A stretch of 63,648 nucleotides of DNA, counting the filler, from Intoshia linei (Eukaryota > Animalia > Orthonectida), in NCBI GenBank assembly GCA_001642005.1. It is 6 parts of 6 records of this genome, joined end to end, with 100 filler letters (N's around TTAATTAATTAA, not from the genome) between each part and the next. Parts side by side here need not be neighbours in the genome. Positions count along the whole stretch, not along the records: positions 1 to 27,070 come from LWCA01000457.1; 5 more parts are not named here. One strand, written 5' to 3'. The notes below the pieces were generated by a model. That model searched no databases. It worked only from the letters and a program-made list of their open reading frames with translations, and was not told where the DNA came from. Each line of letters starts with the position of its first letter. The stretch's first letter is position 1. Made by a program: the position numbers and the translations under genes. Of this stretch, positions 1 to 20,500 are shown one piece after another.

Positions 1-158
1 CAACTGTTTCTTGAGATGATAATGGCTGGGATGATGAAACTAAATTATATACTTTCATTGGAATTGGTAAAGTTGAACTTTTGGTGGTCGGATAAAAGTA
101 AAGGCTTAATTTATTTGTTTGTTTTCTTCTTTTAAGAATACAGAAATAGTTGTATTTA

Positions 159-647
159 TTAAATTGGTACTGAATATATATCATCACATTGAAAATGACA
201 AAATAGATTTTTATAATTTTATTTTTTCTGGAATATATGCTATTTATGACAATTTTTAGGATTGGACTGTTTTTACTTTATTTTTAATATTATACACACA
301 TTTTGTCTAATAAAATTGGACTGTTTTTACTTTATTTTTAATATTATACACACATTCTGTCTAATAAAATTCAAAAATAAGATAACAATTGTTTTTAAAA
401 TGCTTTACGCAAATGTTAACAAACAAAAAATTAAGATGAAATAATTCAGTTTAACGTAAAAAGTAATGTGATATGATGGTTCCACCTGAAACAAATTTGG
501 GAACCACTCTCTTAAAGGATTGATAATAGTGAATAGTAGGATATTTAAGTTAGATTTTCAACGTGAATTTATTTTTTATGTATAATAAAAATGTGCCCTC
601 GGCAGAGCTAAGTCTTGTTTGTACGTAGTACATAATAGTCAATCTAG
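159..647 (+). mobile_element. Non-autonomous Helitron family A, 3' portion
   Basis: Ends in hairpin TGTTTGTACGTAGTACATAATAG followed by CTAG|T at 644-648. Matches the reverse complement of ~21058-21546 and 45756-46120. Contains a ~55-bp internal tandem duplication (262-370). Confidence 0.8.
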
Positions 648-983
648 TGATATTATAAATGTAATAAATTAATGTGTCAACACAAATTTGGTAAATTTTA
701 ACATTAGTGACTAATGGAATAGTAAATATTTATTGTACAATAGAACTTGACAAAATTTAATGTAAATCAATGTCTTTCTAATATTTATATTACATCAGAA
801 ATCGGCAATCAATAAAACTTTTTACTTTGGGACCCTAAAGTAAAAATTTTACTGATATCAAAATTGTCACATATAGCTTCAAAAATACAGAACACAGGTT
901 ACAATAATTATGATACATGTATCAATTACGACAATAATATAATAATGATGCATTATACTATATCATGGTTTCTAACGTGTTGA

Positions 984-1448
984 CCGGGTTTATTCAAGTA
1001 TTCTCGTTCGACTCCAATATCTCAATCTACTGGCAACCAAAATTCTCAGGTTCAGCCACTTGATTTATCTTCTAACCAGACTACACATACGGGTAGAAGA
1101 AAGTCAAAAACCCCCAAAAAAATAAATACTCAATCTCACACGTGGGAATCATTTACCGATAATAAAGAAGAATGTAATGATCACGAAGAAAGCAATGAAA
1201 TTGTACAAGAAAATGGCGTTCAAAGCAGTATCAATCGACGACTGTTATTGACTAGAAACAAAATCAAAAGTACTTCAGGAAATAATGGAATTTTTGCCCG
1301 AATGATGTCAAATAGATTATTTAATAATAATGACAAAAAACAGAACAATCGAAAAAGTCCTCCTGTCCCACAATTAAAGTTTTTTTGCTGCAAATTGTGC
1401 AACAAATTTTATATAATGTGTCCATTGTTACATGTTATCCTAACTTAA
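984..1448 (+). pseudogene. Relic or exon of a PLDLS-motif, C2H2 zinc-finger transcriptional repressor-like gene, truncated by a Helitron
   Basis: Stop-free frame 984-1448 encodes VQPLDLSS (CtBP-binding motif), a basic GRRKSKTPKK stretch and FCCKLCNKFYIMCPLLHV (first half of a C2H2 finger). It then runs into a Helitron 5' end at 1438. There is an in-frame TGA at 981. Confidence 0.45.
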
Positions 1449-1560
1449 ATAATATGCTACGCGATTTTTGTTTGTGTGTCTGTCTCTCTGTGTGTTACGC
1501 TGTATTTAAATAACTACCCATCGTAGAATTTTTTAAAGACCACATTTCCATTACATAATC
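1438..1560 (+). mobile_element. Helitron family A, 5' end fragment
   Basis: A|TCCTAACTTAAATAATATGCTACGCG plus TG/TC microsatellite, matching 5' ends at 7212, 22459, 36614, 46180 and 55233. Confidence 0.7.
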
Positions 1561-2393
1561 TTATAAGTATGGTGAAAGGTGACGAAAAAATTGTAAATTT
1601 ATTTGAAGTTGATAAAAAATTTAATTATCAAAATTTAGTAGAAAAATATTAAAGGTACATTAAAAGTATATAAAATAATAAATCGTTAATAAATGAATAT
1701 ATATGTAATAGATCTCTCTTCACAGTCTCATGATACATGATAAATTAAGATTTTTATCGAATTTTGAAGGTTTATTTAATTTATTTTACTTTATTTAAAA
1801 TTTAATTCTTTCGAAATTGATAAAGTAACACATAATTTTTAAATGCAAATGAAACATGTACTTTGAATAATTCATTATAATGAAAAATTACCCTCTATTG
1901 TAATAATTATGGAGTCTACTTTTAATTCTATCAATGTCAGGATATTCCACAATACGTGGTAATAAGGATTTATTTTTTAAAAATATTAATACATGTAAAT
2001 GTGTATAATATCTTTAACGTTTTTTATTTCTTGGCTAAAGTTCCAACTTAATATAATTCAATATTTTTTAAACCACATAATTACACACCTAGTATAAGCT
2101 TGAAGAATATTTGAATTAACAAGTAATAATGTAAATAAAAATGTTAATTTAAATTTTGATAATTCTGAAATGTACAGAGTAAAATAGTATTAACATTTTT
2201 TACTACCATTGTATACCCCATTAAAAACCTAAATTTACATTTTATATTAATTAGATGGAAAAATAAACGCAAAATTAATAAATAGGTTGCTCTGTTTCGA
2301 AAGGTTTATTCAAGAGGTAAATAAAACTAAAGCAAATATTTGACTGAATTGTTGTATTCACACATTAAAATATATTGTAATACGACCTTTAAA

Positions 2394-3136
2394 ATGTCTT
2401 ACAGAGCTGCAAAATCCGGAGATCAAATTGCCATTCAACAAAGGGTAAGTCTAAATGACATTTAAGTTTATATAATTAGTTGAATGATCGATTTTCTTCA
2501 TCTGAATGTTACAAACTACTAAACTACATGCAAATTATTTTGGAAGAAGATTTTGGAATGGAAGTTGAGAATGAATGTGTAAAAATGAGCGAATTTTTAA
2601 GGTTGATTATGGACGGTCGAATTTTCATCAAGTAAAATAGTATTACTAATGTGTAAACATGATTTAGATTTGTAAATAAAGTATTTAACAGGAATATCGC
2701 CATTCATCCCCCAGTAGCAAACGAGGGCAGAGAAAAATACAAAATCCGAGAGAGGATAATGGTTCTTATTGAGTCAATGAAGAATGATACTAAACTGAAA
2801 GAATTTGAAGTATTTGACGTTGAAGTTTTGATGGACAATACAAATTTGAGTGCTGTTTTAGATTCCATGCGTCTATATTGCACAAATGTACATTTTTTTT
2901 ATTTCCCATTATAAAATATTAGATTCAAGAAATGAATATTGGACCTTCAGGGTATTGGCCAGTTAAGGTACGAAATGTTTTATTATTATTTTTATTTTTT
3001 ATAGGCTAAAAGAAATGAAAGAAAATTTAGTGCCGAAAAAATTGCTGACGGAAAAAAAACTATTTCTCTGCAAATGGGTACCAATGAAATGGCTACCAAT
3101 AAAGATCCTTTTGGTAATCGAAGAAATATTACTTAA
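2394..3136 (+). CDS. Transgelin/calponin/myophilin-like protein (CH domain plus one calponin repeat), 5 exons
   Basis: Spliced translation MSYRAAKSG...LIMDGRIFIKFVNKVF...FDVEVLMDNTNLSAV...KRNERKFSAEKIADGKKTISLQMGTNEMATNKDPFGNRRNIT*. ISLQMGTN is the calponin repeat. Four ~35-bp GT-AG introns (first one 2445-2479). Confidence 0.9.
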
Positions 3137-3792
3137 TTTGTACCAGCTATTACATTTTATGATATAAACATTTTATTTTTGTAGTTATATAGTTTTTAAA
3201 ACTTATTTGACGTTTAAACTAAACTATTTTGAAATTTATTTTCTCTCCGTAAATAAATGAAATACTTGATAAATTAATCAATTCGAATCGAAGGAATTTT
3301 CAACGTGACTCATGTTGCAGATTTCTAGCTTATATTTTTTCTAAACTAAGTAAGAATTAAAGAATAATAAGTACATCTTATGTATCTATGTATCTATGTA
3401 TATTTTTGTTAGTATAATTTATGAGAATTTACAAAATTAATCAATTTATGGGACTAAAACCCATATTTTTGTATTTCAAACGTGCATACTAGGGTGTGAA
3501 TTTTAATAGTTTTTTGGAAATTACAATGTATACCTAGTAGAACAATTCCTACTGTTTTTGAAATTGAAAGATTAATAATTAAATTTTTATTTTTATTTAC
3601 TTAAAAAATAAGTAAACTATGTTAATAAAGTTAAAAAAGTTAAATTTTTTCCAAATGTTAGATTTTGTAATACATTTTTTATTATTGAACTATAATTCAA
3701 ATTATAATTTATATCGATTTAATAATTATTTAATCGTGCATTTTTTTACAAATTTAATCCTATTCATCAAATAATATCATCCTTATATAATA

Positions 3793-4751
3793 CTAGGTTA
3801 ACTGTTATGTACTATGTACAAAATTTTTTGTTATGAAAAAATATTTTGAAAATCAGAATTTGAAATTTGAAATTTAAAAATTGCGTAGCAATGAAAAAAA
3901 TTCCGAAGGAATAAATTATGTAGATTTTTACCAATATTTCTATATTGGAAATGTAGACGTTCACTGCACATTTTTTTTTGAAATTTTAAGATCAATATTT
4001 ACATTTTCAATTTTTATTTTAATCGAAATATTTAAAAAATATTGGTTGAAATATATTAAAAATTATTTTTCATCGGGAATGCGTAGATTCCTCGGGTTAC
4101 TTTTGCATTTATATCTACTGGAATAAGCTCTATCAGAATAATTTTTTTTTTAATTTTCGGACCGTTAATTATTTCATATTTTTTGTTAATAAAATATTTC
4201 GGAAAAAAAATATATGAATACTAAAATGCTTTTTTGACCGTGAAGTCGTCACTTATCAGATTAAAATGTTTTGTGTGTGTTAACAGGATAAAACTGTACC
4301 ACTTGTAATTTTTTTAAATTCTAGGGCTGTTTTCATCAAAAAAAGGGTAATTTGAGTTTTGGCGTTGAAAATATAATTTTTTTAAATTTAAATTTATGAT
4401 AATGTTTATGATTTTAAAATCCGTATCAGCGTATATATTTTTTTAAATTCTCGAACTCGTTTGATTTTCAAAAAAAAGACAATTGGGATATATATTTTTT
4501 TAAATTCTCCAACTCGTTTGATTTTCAAAAAGAGGGACAATTTTTTAAATTCTTGAACTCGTTTGATTTTCAAAAAGAGGGACAATTGGAGTTTTTGACC
4601 CGTAAGATATCAGTTTGGGAGGTTGGAATTTATCTTATTATACATCCCAGAAAAAACTGTAATTGAAATGTGGATTTTATAAAATTCTAAGACGGGTAGT
4701 TATTTAAATAAAGCGGAATACACACACACAAACAAAAATTGCGTAGCAGGA
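3793..4751 (-). mobile_element. Helitron family A, internally deleted copy with both ends
   Basis: Minus strand begins A|TCC at 4751 and ends with hairpin plus CTAG|T at 3793. Body is homologous to 21550-22459. Confidence 0.75.
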
Positions 4752-5685
4752 TTGATACATTTTTAAAAGCATTTTCACTGTATTAACGAAATAAATTTTT
4801 AAAAAAAAGAGAGTAAAATATTATAAATATATATAAATTATTTTTAGTTTGTAAAATAGCATTTTGACCGTGAAATTCTAACTTTGTGACATTTAAATTT
4901 TTATATATGTTAGCTGAAAAAAGAGTATTAGCTGTGATTATTTCATTTTTTAAATTAATGGATAATTGTCGTTTTGGGCGTGAACACTTAAGTTTTTGAT
5001 GTTGAAATTTATGATGATGATCATGATTTTAATATCTCTATTAGAAAGTATCTTTTTAATAATTCAAGGATTATTTTCATTAAAAAAAATGGTAAGTTAT
5101 GGTTTTGGCCGTGATTGTGATTGTGCAAATTTTTGTTTTTTTTAATTTTGAGACTGTCACTTTTTTCAATAAAGGTTTCCACGCAGACACATATTTTTAG
5201 CAACGTTTACTTTACATAAGCAATCGTTATATATTTATTTAATTCCTGTTACGACTGTTATAAATTGACCCAAAAATCTTGTAGTTTAATATTAATGACA
5301 TTAGTGTTAATTTATTAATTATATTAATTTCAATGCGATTTGTCAAGTTGGTGAAAATTAGAACAAATAATTTGTTTTATGATGTATATCTAAATTGTAA
5401 TTATAAAATCAAATACTGTTTGACTAAATATATGGATCAATAAATCAAAAAAATGTATTGAAATTCATTTTAATCCGATACGATTCATTAAGGAACGACA
5501 TTCAAATTAAAAAAAAAGTTTTTGTAATAATTATACATATACATGTTTTAATTGTATCTGACACCCTAATGATGATATATTATACTTTTATATTGATTGT
5601 ATTCAAATATAATTGAGAATCAATAACTTTTAACATGGTGTATTTTGTCAATTTATGGTAAATATGTAATGCGTTCATTTAGGAT

Positions 5686-11987
<6,302 letters not shown>

Positions 11988-12241
11988 TACAGTAAAAAAT
12001 TGTAGTTTCAAAATACAAAAATAAATATTTTAAATATACAGTTCACATATTAACTATTAACTCATGAATTTGATAAAAAAAATTGTTGGTTATTATCGAT
12101 TCTTACGGTATCGTTTCTAAATTCAATACTTAAATAAATTTTAATTGCAATTTTCATATTGTTTGAATAGTTTGGCAAATAATCTATTCAATAGATCAAT
12201 ATTTTTAATTTTTCTATTCTTTGCTTAAATATTGTTTAGCA

Positions 12242-12868
<627 letters not shown>

Positions 12869-14516
12869 TTTTACAATGTGTTTTTTCATATTAAATCTTA
12901 TACAATCAGTTTCTTGTAGTAATCTTTATTTGTAATTGACTTGGATTATTTTTAGATTTTTGACACCTATTTTTTGAATTTTTATTAAAATTAGAAAAAA
13001 TTTTTTTCGATTTTATAATACAGTAGACGCTATTCATAACATTTTTTTGGTGTTGTAATGGAAAATATAAACGTTAATATTATGATATTTATTATTATAT
13101 TTTGAAAATTTCGCTTCATTTCGATAATGTAAATAATAAATTTAATTTTATTTTACAAAGTCAACAATGCATAATACAATTTAAACAGTAAAAAATGAAG
13201 TTTAGTTACTAAAAAATAGATGCGTTACCTATGATGTGTCACTTATCATAAGTCTTATGTAAAATGGATAAATTTTTAACGTACTAGTTACTTAGAAACC
13301 AAAATGAAATTAAATTTAAAATTAATATTTATATTACATTAGTATTTATGATTAGACATAATTTTTAGACACAAATCATTGTTATTTAGTATACATTTAT
13401 AAAAATCAGAACAATTATTTTCACTATTTTGAAATAATTATTAATTACTAATTAAATTTGTTTTACTTTAAAATTGAAAATATTGATAAAGTGTGATTTT
13501 AATTTACTTACAATTAAGAAAGTTTATTTCAAATAAAACGTAAATAAACATCTTTCTATACAAATTTATACCGTAAAATTTTTACGTTTACATAGAAATT
13601 ATCGAGTACGTATTTTTAACTTAAACTAACTAAAATTTCCACTAAAAACTTTCAAAAATTTTTCTTCTTTTCACGATTATCATGAAACTATCACACGCAA
13701 CTTTATCAGTATTTGGACCATGAAATTTCGAAAAAAAGTATAAAAAATCAAACCCCTAATGTATATAGCTATTATAACTAATTTAGTTTAAAATTTATGT
13801 CTGTTACAGTTTATTTAAGAAAGTAAGAAGAGACGAGTTTTAAAAATTCCATATTTCTATTAGTTTTTCGAGATGTTGTTTTATCGCAAATTTCATTATC
13901 ATTAAAAAATGTTATTAATTTTAATTTTGGTTTTAAAAAATTTTAAAATATACATGGAGACAGGTCTAGGCACGATATGATGAGCTTAATTTTTTGAATT
14001 AATATACCATGTTAGATAAAAATTCAGTATAGTGGGTGATTTTTTCTCCAACAGGGTAAAGCGAAAAAAGCTATCTACCACTGGAAAGAGGAACCATAAA
14101 ATGCGGTTTAATTTGTACAATGTACATACGGGCTTACTGTTGACTCTCAGTAATCATGTATGGAAACATTGACCTTGATATAGCTATTTACTGTTCGTAT
14201 GCAGTACACCCTATGTCACAAGGTGTCCAGGGTTGTGTTACACAACAGATAATTTTTAATAAATTAGAATTCCACATAAAAGAAACTGGTTAAAATTATC
14301 TAATTATCGACTTCTTAAACATGCAGATAATTATTATGATAATAACCTACATATTAATGTAGCAACGTAAATTTTAGCAAACAAGTAAATTACGTTATCG
14401 ATGTATCAAATTAAACCTAGAAATTCACAAAATAAATATGTAGAATCAAAATAAAGTTGGACACTATCTATAGTTAACTTATAGTTACAATCAACATGCT
14501 TCATATTTTCAAAAAT

Positions 14517-17500
14517 ATGGGCAAAAAGTTTTTATTGATATTTATTTTTTTTTTGTTTTCATGTTATTATCTCCACATTTTTGACATTTATCAAATTTTC
14601 CATTCAAATAAAACAGCCGATTCTCACCCAAAAGATAATTTGGAACCCTTTCCAGGCAATTCTCATAAACATTTATACGTTTTTGTTCAGGTAAATTTTT
14701 GATATATAATATTCAGTTTATCACTATACTTAGACATTGTGAGTTATCAGTTTAGAAAATATTTTCAATTTTTATTGACCTTATTGTTTATTTACATTCT
14801 GATATTTCAATGTGAAATACAAGTACAAAATAATTCATTGTTTCATTTATTTTAAATTAATAATTGATTATATTGTATTATGATATTATTGAAATATTAT
14901 GTTAAATTTAATAGCTTAAATATTGACTTTGAGTTGATTGAATTTCAAGTGTAAGGTTATTGGTGTGATTCTTAAACTATTCAATTTTTGGTTTTTTTAA
15001 TGTATACTGTGAAAACCAAAAAGGGTAAATTACTAATTTTATAAAAATTTATTTTCAAGTGGAATAGCTCACTAATATTATTCAAGAATGCATTATATAT
15101 TTTAATGTTTAATGTAGCTTTCTGACATCCATATCAGTAAATTTGTTGATACAAATAGAACACACCATTTGATAGAGTTTTGTAAAAGCACCCTATCTCA
15201 AATTCAACCCACTATTGTACTTGTCTCAGGTAAGCAATGTTTAACATTGCAAAAATATTTTTCTAGGTGATTTGACTGACGCCAAATTCAAAAATTTCGA
15301 AATGTCTGGTCAAATCGAATCCGAATGGGTTGATTATAGAAAAATTATAAACAATTGCTATAAATACATTCCAAAAAACACATCTTGGTTAGACATTAGA
15401 GGAAATCATGGTTCAATTTTTATTTATGCAAATTTAATCAGTTTTACAATTTAATTTAGACATGTTTAATGTTTACAATCCTAATTCAAAGAACAATTAT
15501 TTCATGTTTTATATTAATTTCTATTTTATAATTATTTTCAGCAAATACTCTCAACAAGGTAGACTACGAAATTATGAGTCTTATGTTCATCATTTGAAGT
15601 ATACATCCGATAATGATTATTACAGATTTATAGCTATCGATTTGACCATGAAGCCTGGTCTAAGAAGACCTTTTAATTTTATGGGAGAATATAACGACAA
15701 TGTATGACAGATGTATTGGTATCTTCGTCACTTTTTCAATTGGTTGAGTAGTTCTTTAGTTTCCTATTTTTTAGATGAGATGATAGTTTTTTTACCGATT
15801 AAACTTTAAAGTTGTTAAATTCCAACAAGAAAAATTAACCATAACATTCTTTAAAATGGCTCACTATATAAAAACCTTTAAATTACTTGGAATAGTGTCA
15901 TTGCCAATAAGAAATGTACTAATCTATCTCATTAAAAGTTTTTAATTTTAAATTAGAATAAAAGAGATGTTGAAAATTTATTAAACAATCGCAATCAAAA
16001 ATTTAATCACACTTTTATTTTCGGACATTATCCTTCTTCCGCGGTTGTAAACAAAAATTCGTTTTTAAATGTTTTGGAGTAACATTGAATTTTTATTCTT
16101 TATAAAAATTATTAGATCAGCCAGTATATATTTCTGTGGACATTTACACAGTTTTCATGGGTATATTGATGCCATGTTTGCACGGCATTCTAAAGGAAAT
16201 TTAGAATTGGAATTATCTGATTGGAAACAATATAGACGGTTTTAATTTCATTTATTTATTACAATTAATTCAGTGTTTTTCAGTCTGGGAGTCAGAATTT
16301 GGGTTGATAATCTTTTTCAAATTTTGCTAAATTACATTGTTTATTCTACGTAATCATACAAGGTAAAATTAAGCTCGAAGACAAGTTTCTAAGATTGTCA
16401 GTTTTTTGAGTGAATTGTTATGTTCAGAGTCTGAACTTCAGACACTGTCTGTTTTATGTGTTACGAAATTCATTTAAGGTTTATCTATAGTAATGATTGT
16501 GCCGGGAAAAAAACGGGACAAAAGTCCCGGGATATATAATAATTTCCGGGATTTTCTGAAAAAAATTGAGACATACCTGTATTTGATTTATGTTTGTTAT
16601 TACTATGAAAATATGATTATATTATAATATTTAAAATTTATCATTTCAAAAATACCATTTCAAACCCTCATGGAAAAATTGACTTACACCGATATTCTTT
16701 TCAAAAATCTGATTTTACGAAATCTTACGAAAAAAAGCCACTTCATCAAACCACAAATAAAAAATCTTATTTTCCAGCCCTTAATGGAAAAATACCCTTT
16801 TTCCAATATTTTTTTGAAAAATCCCATTTTACCAAACTTTTAAATTAAAAGCCACTTATTTGGTTCCAAAACAAAAAACCTAATTTTACCAACCCTTAAG
16901 GAAAAAATCCATTTTTACAATATTTTTTTAAAAAATTCCATTTTACCAAACTTTTAAATTAAAAGCCACTTATCTGGTCTTAAAACAAAAAACCTAATTT
17001 TACCCACCCTTAAGGACAAAATCCTTATTTACAATATTTTTTTGAAAAATCCAATTTTTTTAACTTTTATACATAGTTCTGAAAAGCTAATGTTGTCACT
17101 TCACTATATTAACTATAGATTCTATAGTTTTTGGGTTAATTATGAGTTCGACCATTATTAAAATCGATAATAAATGAGCCAAAATTTAAAAATGTACAAA
17201 AAACATGATAAAACAACAGACATGGACAAAGCCGAACCTATTATACCCGATACCTTTTCGGAGGGCCTCATTGAAATCTTTGTATAATAGCGGCCTCATT
17301 TTACCAAATTGAGCATTCAAAAAAGTATAGTCTTGAATATCATTACTATTTTATGTGTTTAATTTAAATTGTCAACTCAAAAGCCTTATACAAGTGGTTA
17401 AGGGCTATATGACCCTGCGCATCGTTTGTAAATTTTTTTTAGGAGCATATTTTTATTTTCGGTGACCAGAGTTTGCTCGGATCGTTTCTGGTCATAGCTA

Positions 17501-20500
17501 TCAATAAAATAAGATTATGAATCAAAAGCAGTTATATTTTATATTTATTTTAACATTTGTACATTGATTTAAGTAATTTCATTTAAAGGAGGCTAATATT
17601 ACCCGATTTAAAAAACATTTTTTGATAAATTTTTAAAATTAAAAAATACATCCACACGCAAAATCCATTTTTATAACTTTATAAAAGATATCAAAAGTTA
17701 ATACCTGAACCTAGCAAGCTAGCTCACTATGAAAACAAAAAATATATCCTAAAAAAAAATTTACAAGCGATCCGCAGAGTCTTATAGCCCTTAGCCACCT
17801 CTCAAATGGTTTTAACTCGACATTTTAAATTTATCACACAAAACAGTTATGATTTTCAAGAATATAATTTTTTCAACTGCTGAATTTCGAAAAATGAGGC
17901 ACATTTTACAAGAATTTCGTCGAACCCAAAATTAACCCAAAACTAAATCTCAAATATCTCCTCCAAACAGATATACACACTTTTTTTGCAACTTTTATTT
18001 TACTATATTTAAGTATGATGTTATCTAAATAGAGTTGAAAATTTTTGGTCTCTCTATTTGAAACATTTTTCGTGCTTTGGGATGCGAGTGAAAAATAATG
18101 GCCAACTCTGATTTAGAATTTCCATCTTTTTTAATATTTCTGTTTGTAAAGCGTGGTATCTAAATTAAATTTTAACTTTGTGGTTTTTAAGGATGGGCTA
18201 ATCGTATTTCTTATTTATTTATATATTCGAAACAAATATGCTATTTTTAAAATGTTACACATTCTTTGCCAATCGGTGATTAGGAATCGCTTATTTAAAG
18301 TTTCAGTTAATATTTAAAAGTGACTACATTCACAAATGGTATAGTCCAGTGGTTCCCAATTTAAAGTTTCAATTATAAGGTCTCATATTTCTAAAATTTG
18401 TATTTTTTTGAACCCCAAAGGAACATGAAAAATAAAATATTTATGAAAAAATTAAATGTTTTTTATCATAAGATTTGGTAAAATCGTGTTTTACAAAAAA
18501 ATATTTGAAAAAGGGTTGATAAAATTGTATTTTTTATTTTGGGTTTTACCTGAGGTTTTAAAATGATATTTTTTATTAATTGTGAGATGAAGTAAGATTT
18601 TTTGAATAATAATGTAGCGGTCGTCTAGGCTTTGGGATAAATTCCCAACATCTGGAAACCCTGTAAAAATTCTTTTATAAAAATAAACAACGTGTAAGTA
18701 TACTCTTTGTAAAATTTTTTTTATATTTTATTTAAATCTCACAGATCTCCAGGCATATAGTTTTAGACCCCAATATGGAACTACTGGTATAGTTCATTAT
18801 GATTTATATTTAATTTTTTTAACTAATTTTTCTTTAACCTATTTAACGCAGTGTTAGCCACCATTTTTTACAAAATCACAGCCAAATCACAAAAAAAGTC
18901 TAATGGCAGCCCAAAATTTTTTTCACATCTATTGAGTCAATTTAGAAATATAAAATATTTACTTATTTCTATTATTAAAATTATTGACTAATTCATCAAA
19001 AGTTAGATTTAAATTTGTTGGTGAGTGGACCAGTGTGTTTTCAAACTATTATGAATTAAACCGGTCCGTTACTCATTTCCCGGGAATTTTATTTTATAAA
19101 TTAAAAACGAGTGCAGTAACTCGCGAACCATATTGTGCCCATTTTTAATTTAATATGACACTGAGATTACTGGATTTAAACCCTTTAATATAAAATTTAG
19201 ATATAGAATTGTTGCTATCGATAATGATCTTATTTCGATTTTTGATGGAAGACACGGATACGATAACATGATTTTAATGATATTAAATCCCAAAAACGCC
19301 CAACACATAATTAGTAGTTATGAACCGATAGGTAGAATAAGAAAATCTTCACATATTAGGTCAGTATTTATCGTCACATTTTATATTAGAGCCCGGTAAT
19401 GGGTAGATTGGATATAATACTTTTATTGGCGTAATTACGAGAATATTTTGAATAAAATTAAAGATACCACTTTATCGGACAAGCAACTAAGATATAAGAA
19501 AAATATTATTTTTAAAAAACTACATTTATTTATGTATTTATGTGAATAAAACAATACATTCATTTATTTAAATTAAAAGGGTCGCATATAAAAAGTTTTG
19601 ATTACATGTATACAAAAATGGAAAATCCAGAATAATTGACCAACATATTCTATCTGATAATTGTAACATTTAAACTATACATTTTAAACCATTAAACGAA
19701 GCTGTGTGGCCATTACTACATGTATCATATTTAAGACTTGCTATTCCAATGTAAGGTTTTCCAATTTTTTACGTTGCTAAACGGTATTATATTTTAAAAA
19801 TTCTTAGGTTTACTTTAAAATACTACTGAAATGTCTACATTAGGTTGACAACTTGACAAAATATAATTTATTGTAATGTATTACATGTAGGATTCTTTTG
19901 TACTATAACAAAGCAAAGATACATATAAAAATATTTATTGACGAAGAGTACATTGGAAATGCCCAACAAAATAAAGAAAACGATAAATTGTATACACTAA
20001 AATGGAACCCATTGAAATACTCCAAAGGGTTTCACAAAATTAGAGCCAGTGTCTTTGTATAAATTTCATTTATGAGTTTAATTACATTACTAGAATAATG
20101 ATGACCTATTGCAATTTTTCGAGCAAGATTTTTCAGTGGATGGAACAATAAAACCTTTCACTATATTCCAACAAATTATGATCAAAAATCATGTCATTGA
20201 AACTGTATATTTTTTTAAAAATGCATAATTTATTCATAGTTTATCCTTTACTTCCTTTGTTTAATTGTTAGTATTTTTGTATCATTTTTGTTTTACCGAT
20301 GCGTATTTTCCTCTGAAAAAGGTTATTTATTAATTTATGTATCTTGTAATGCATTTTTTTAGATTGTGTGTTATTCAATGCTACGGCGCGTTACAACCGT
20401 CAATTCTGGTTGTTTTGCAGGTCAAAAAAAATTTCTTATATTGTTCTCATTCACATGGCATATTTTTGTATAGGTATATACAATTTAAAAATATAGTGAT

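Noticed and set aside
262-444. 60-aa ORF with an internal repeat
   Set aside because: Arises from a tandem duplication within a Helitron; non-ATG start and no protein motif.
981-983. In-frame stops here and in RTK 5' exons suggesting codon reassignment
   Set aside because: Conserved genes (RUVBL1, HINT, PEDS1, the 3-kb Mcr exon) translate cleanly with the standard code and end at TAA or TGA.
3881-4126. Short hydrophobic ORFs (also 5021-5203, 8455-8688, 32151-32384, 39401-39586, 63311-63559)
   Set aside because: F/I/K/N-rich chance ORFs in AT-rich repeats or introns with no recognisable motifs.
16640-17070. Possible CRISPR-like array (also 8280-8570)
   Set aside because: Units are degenerate tandem repeats without unique spacers; eukaryotic context and no cas genes.
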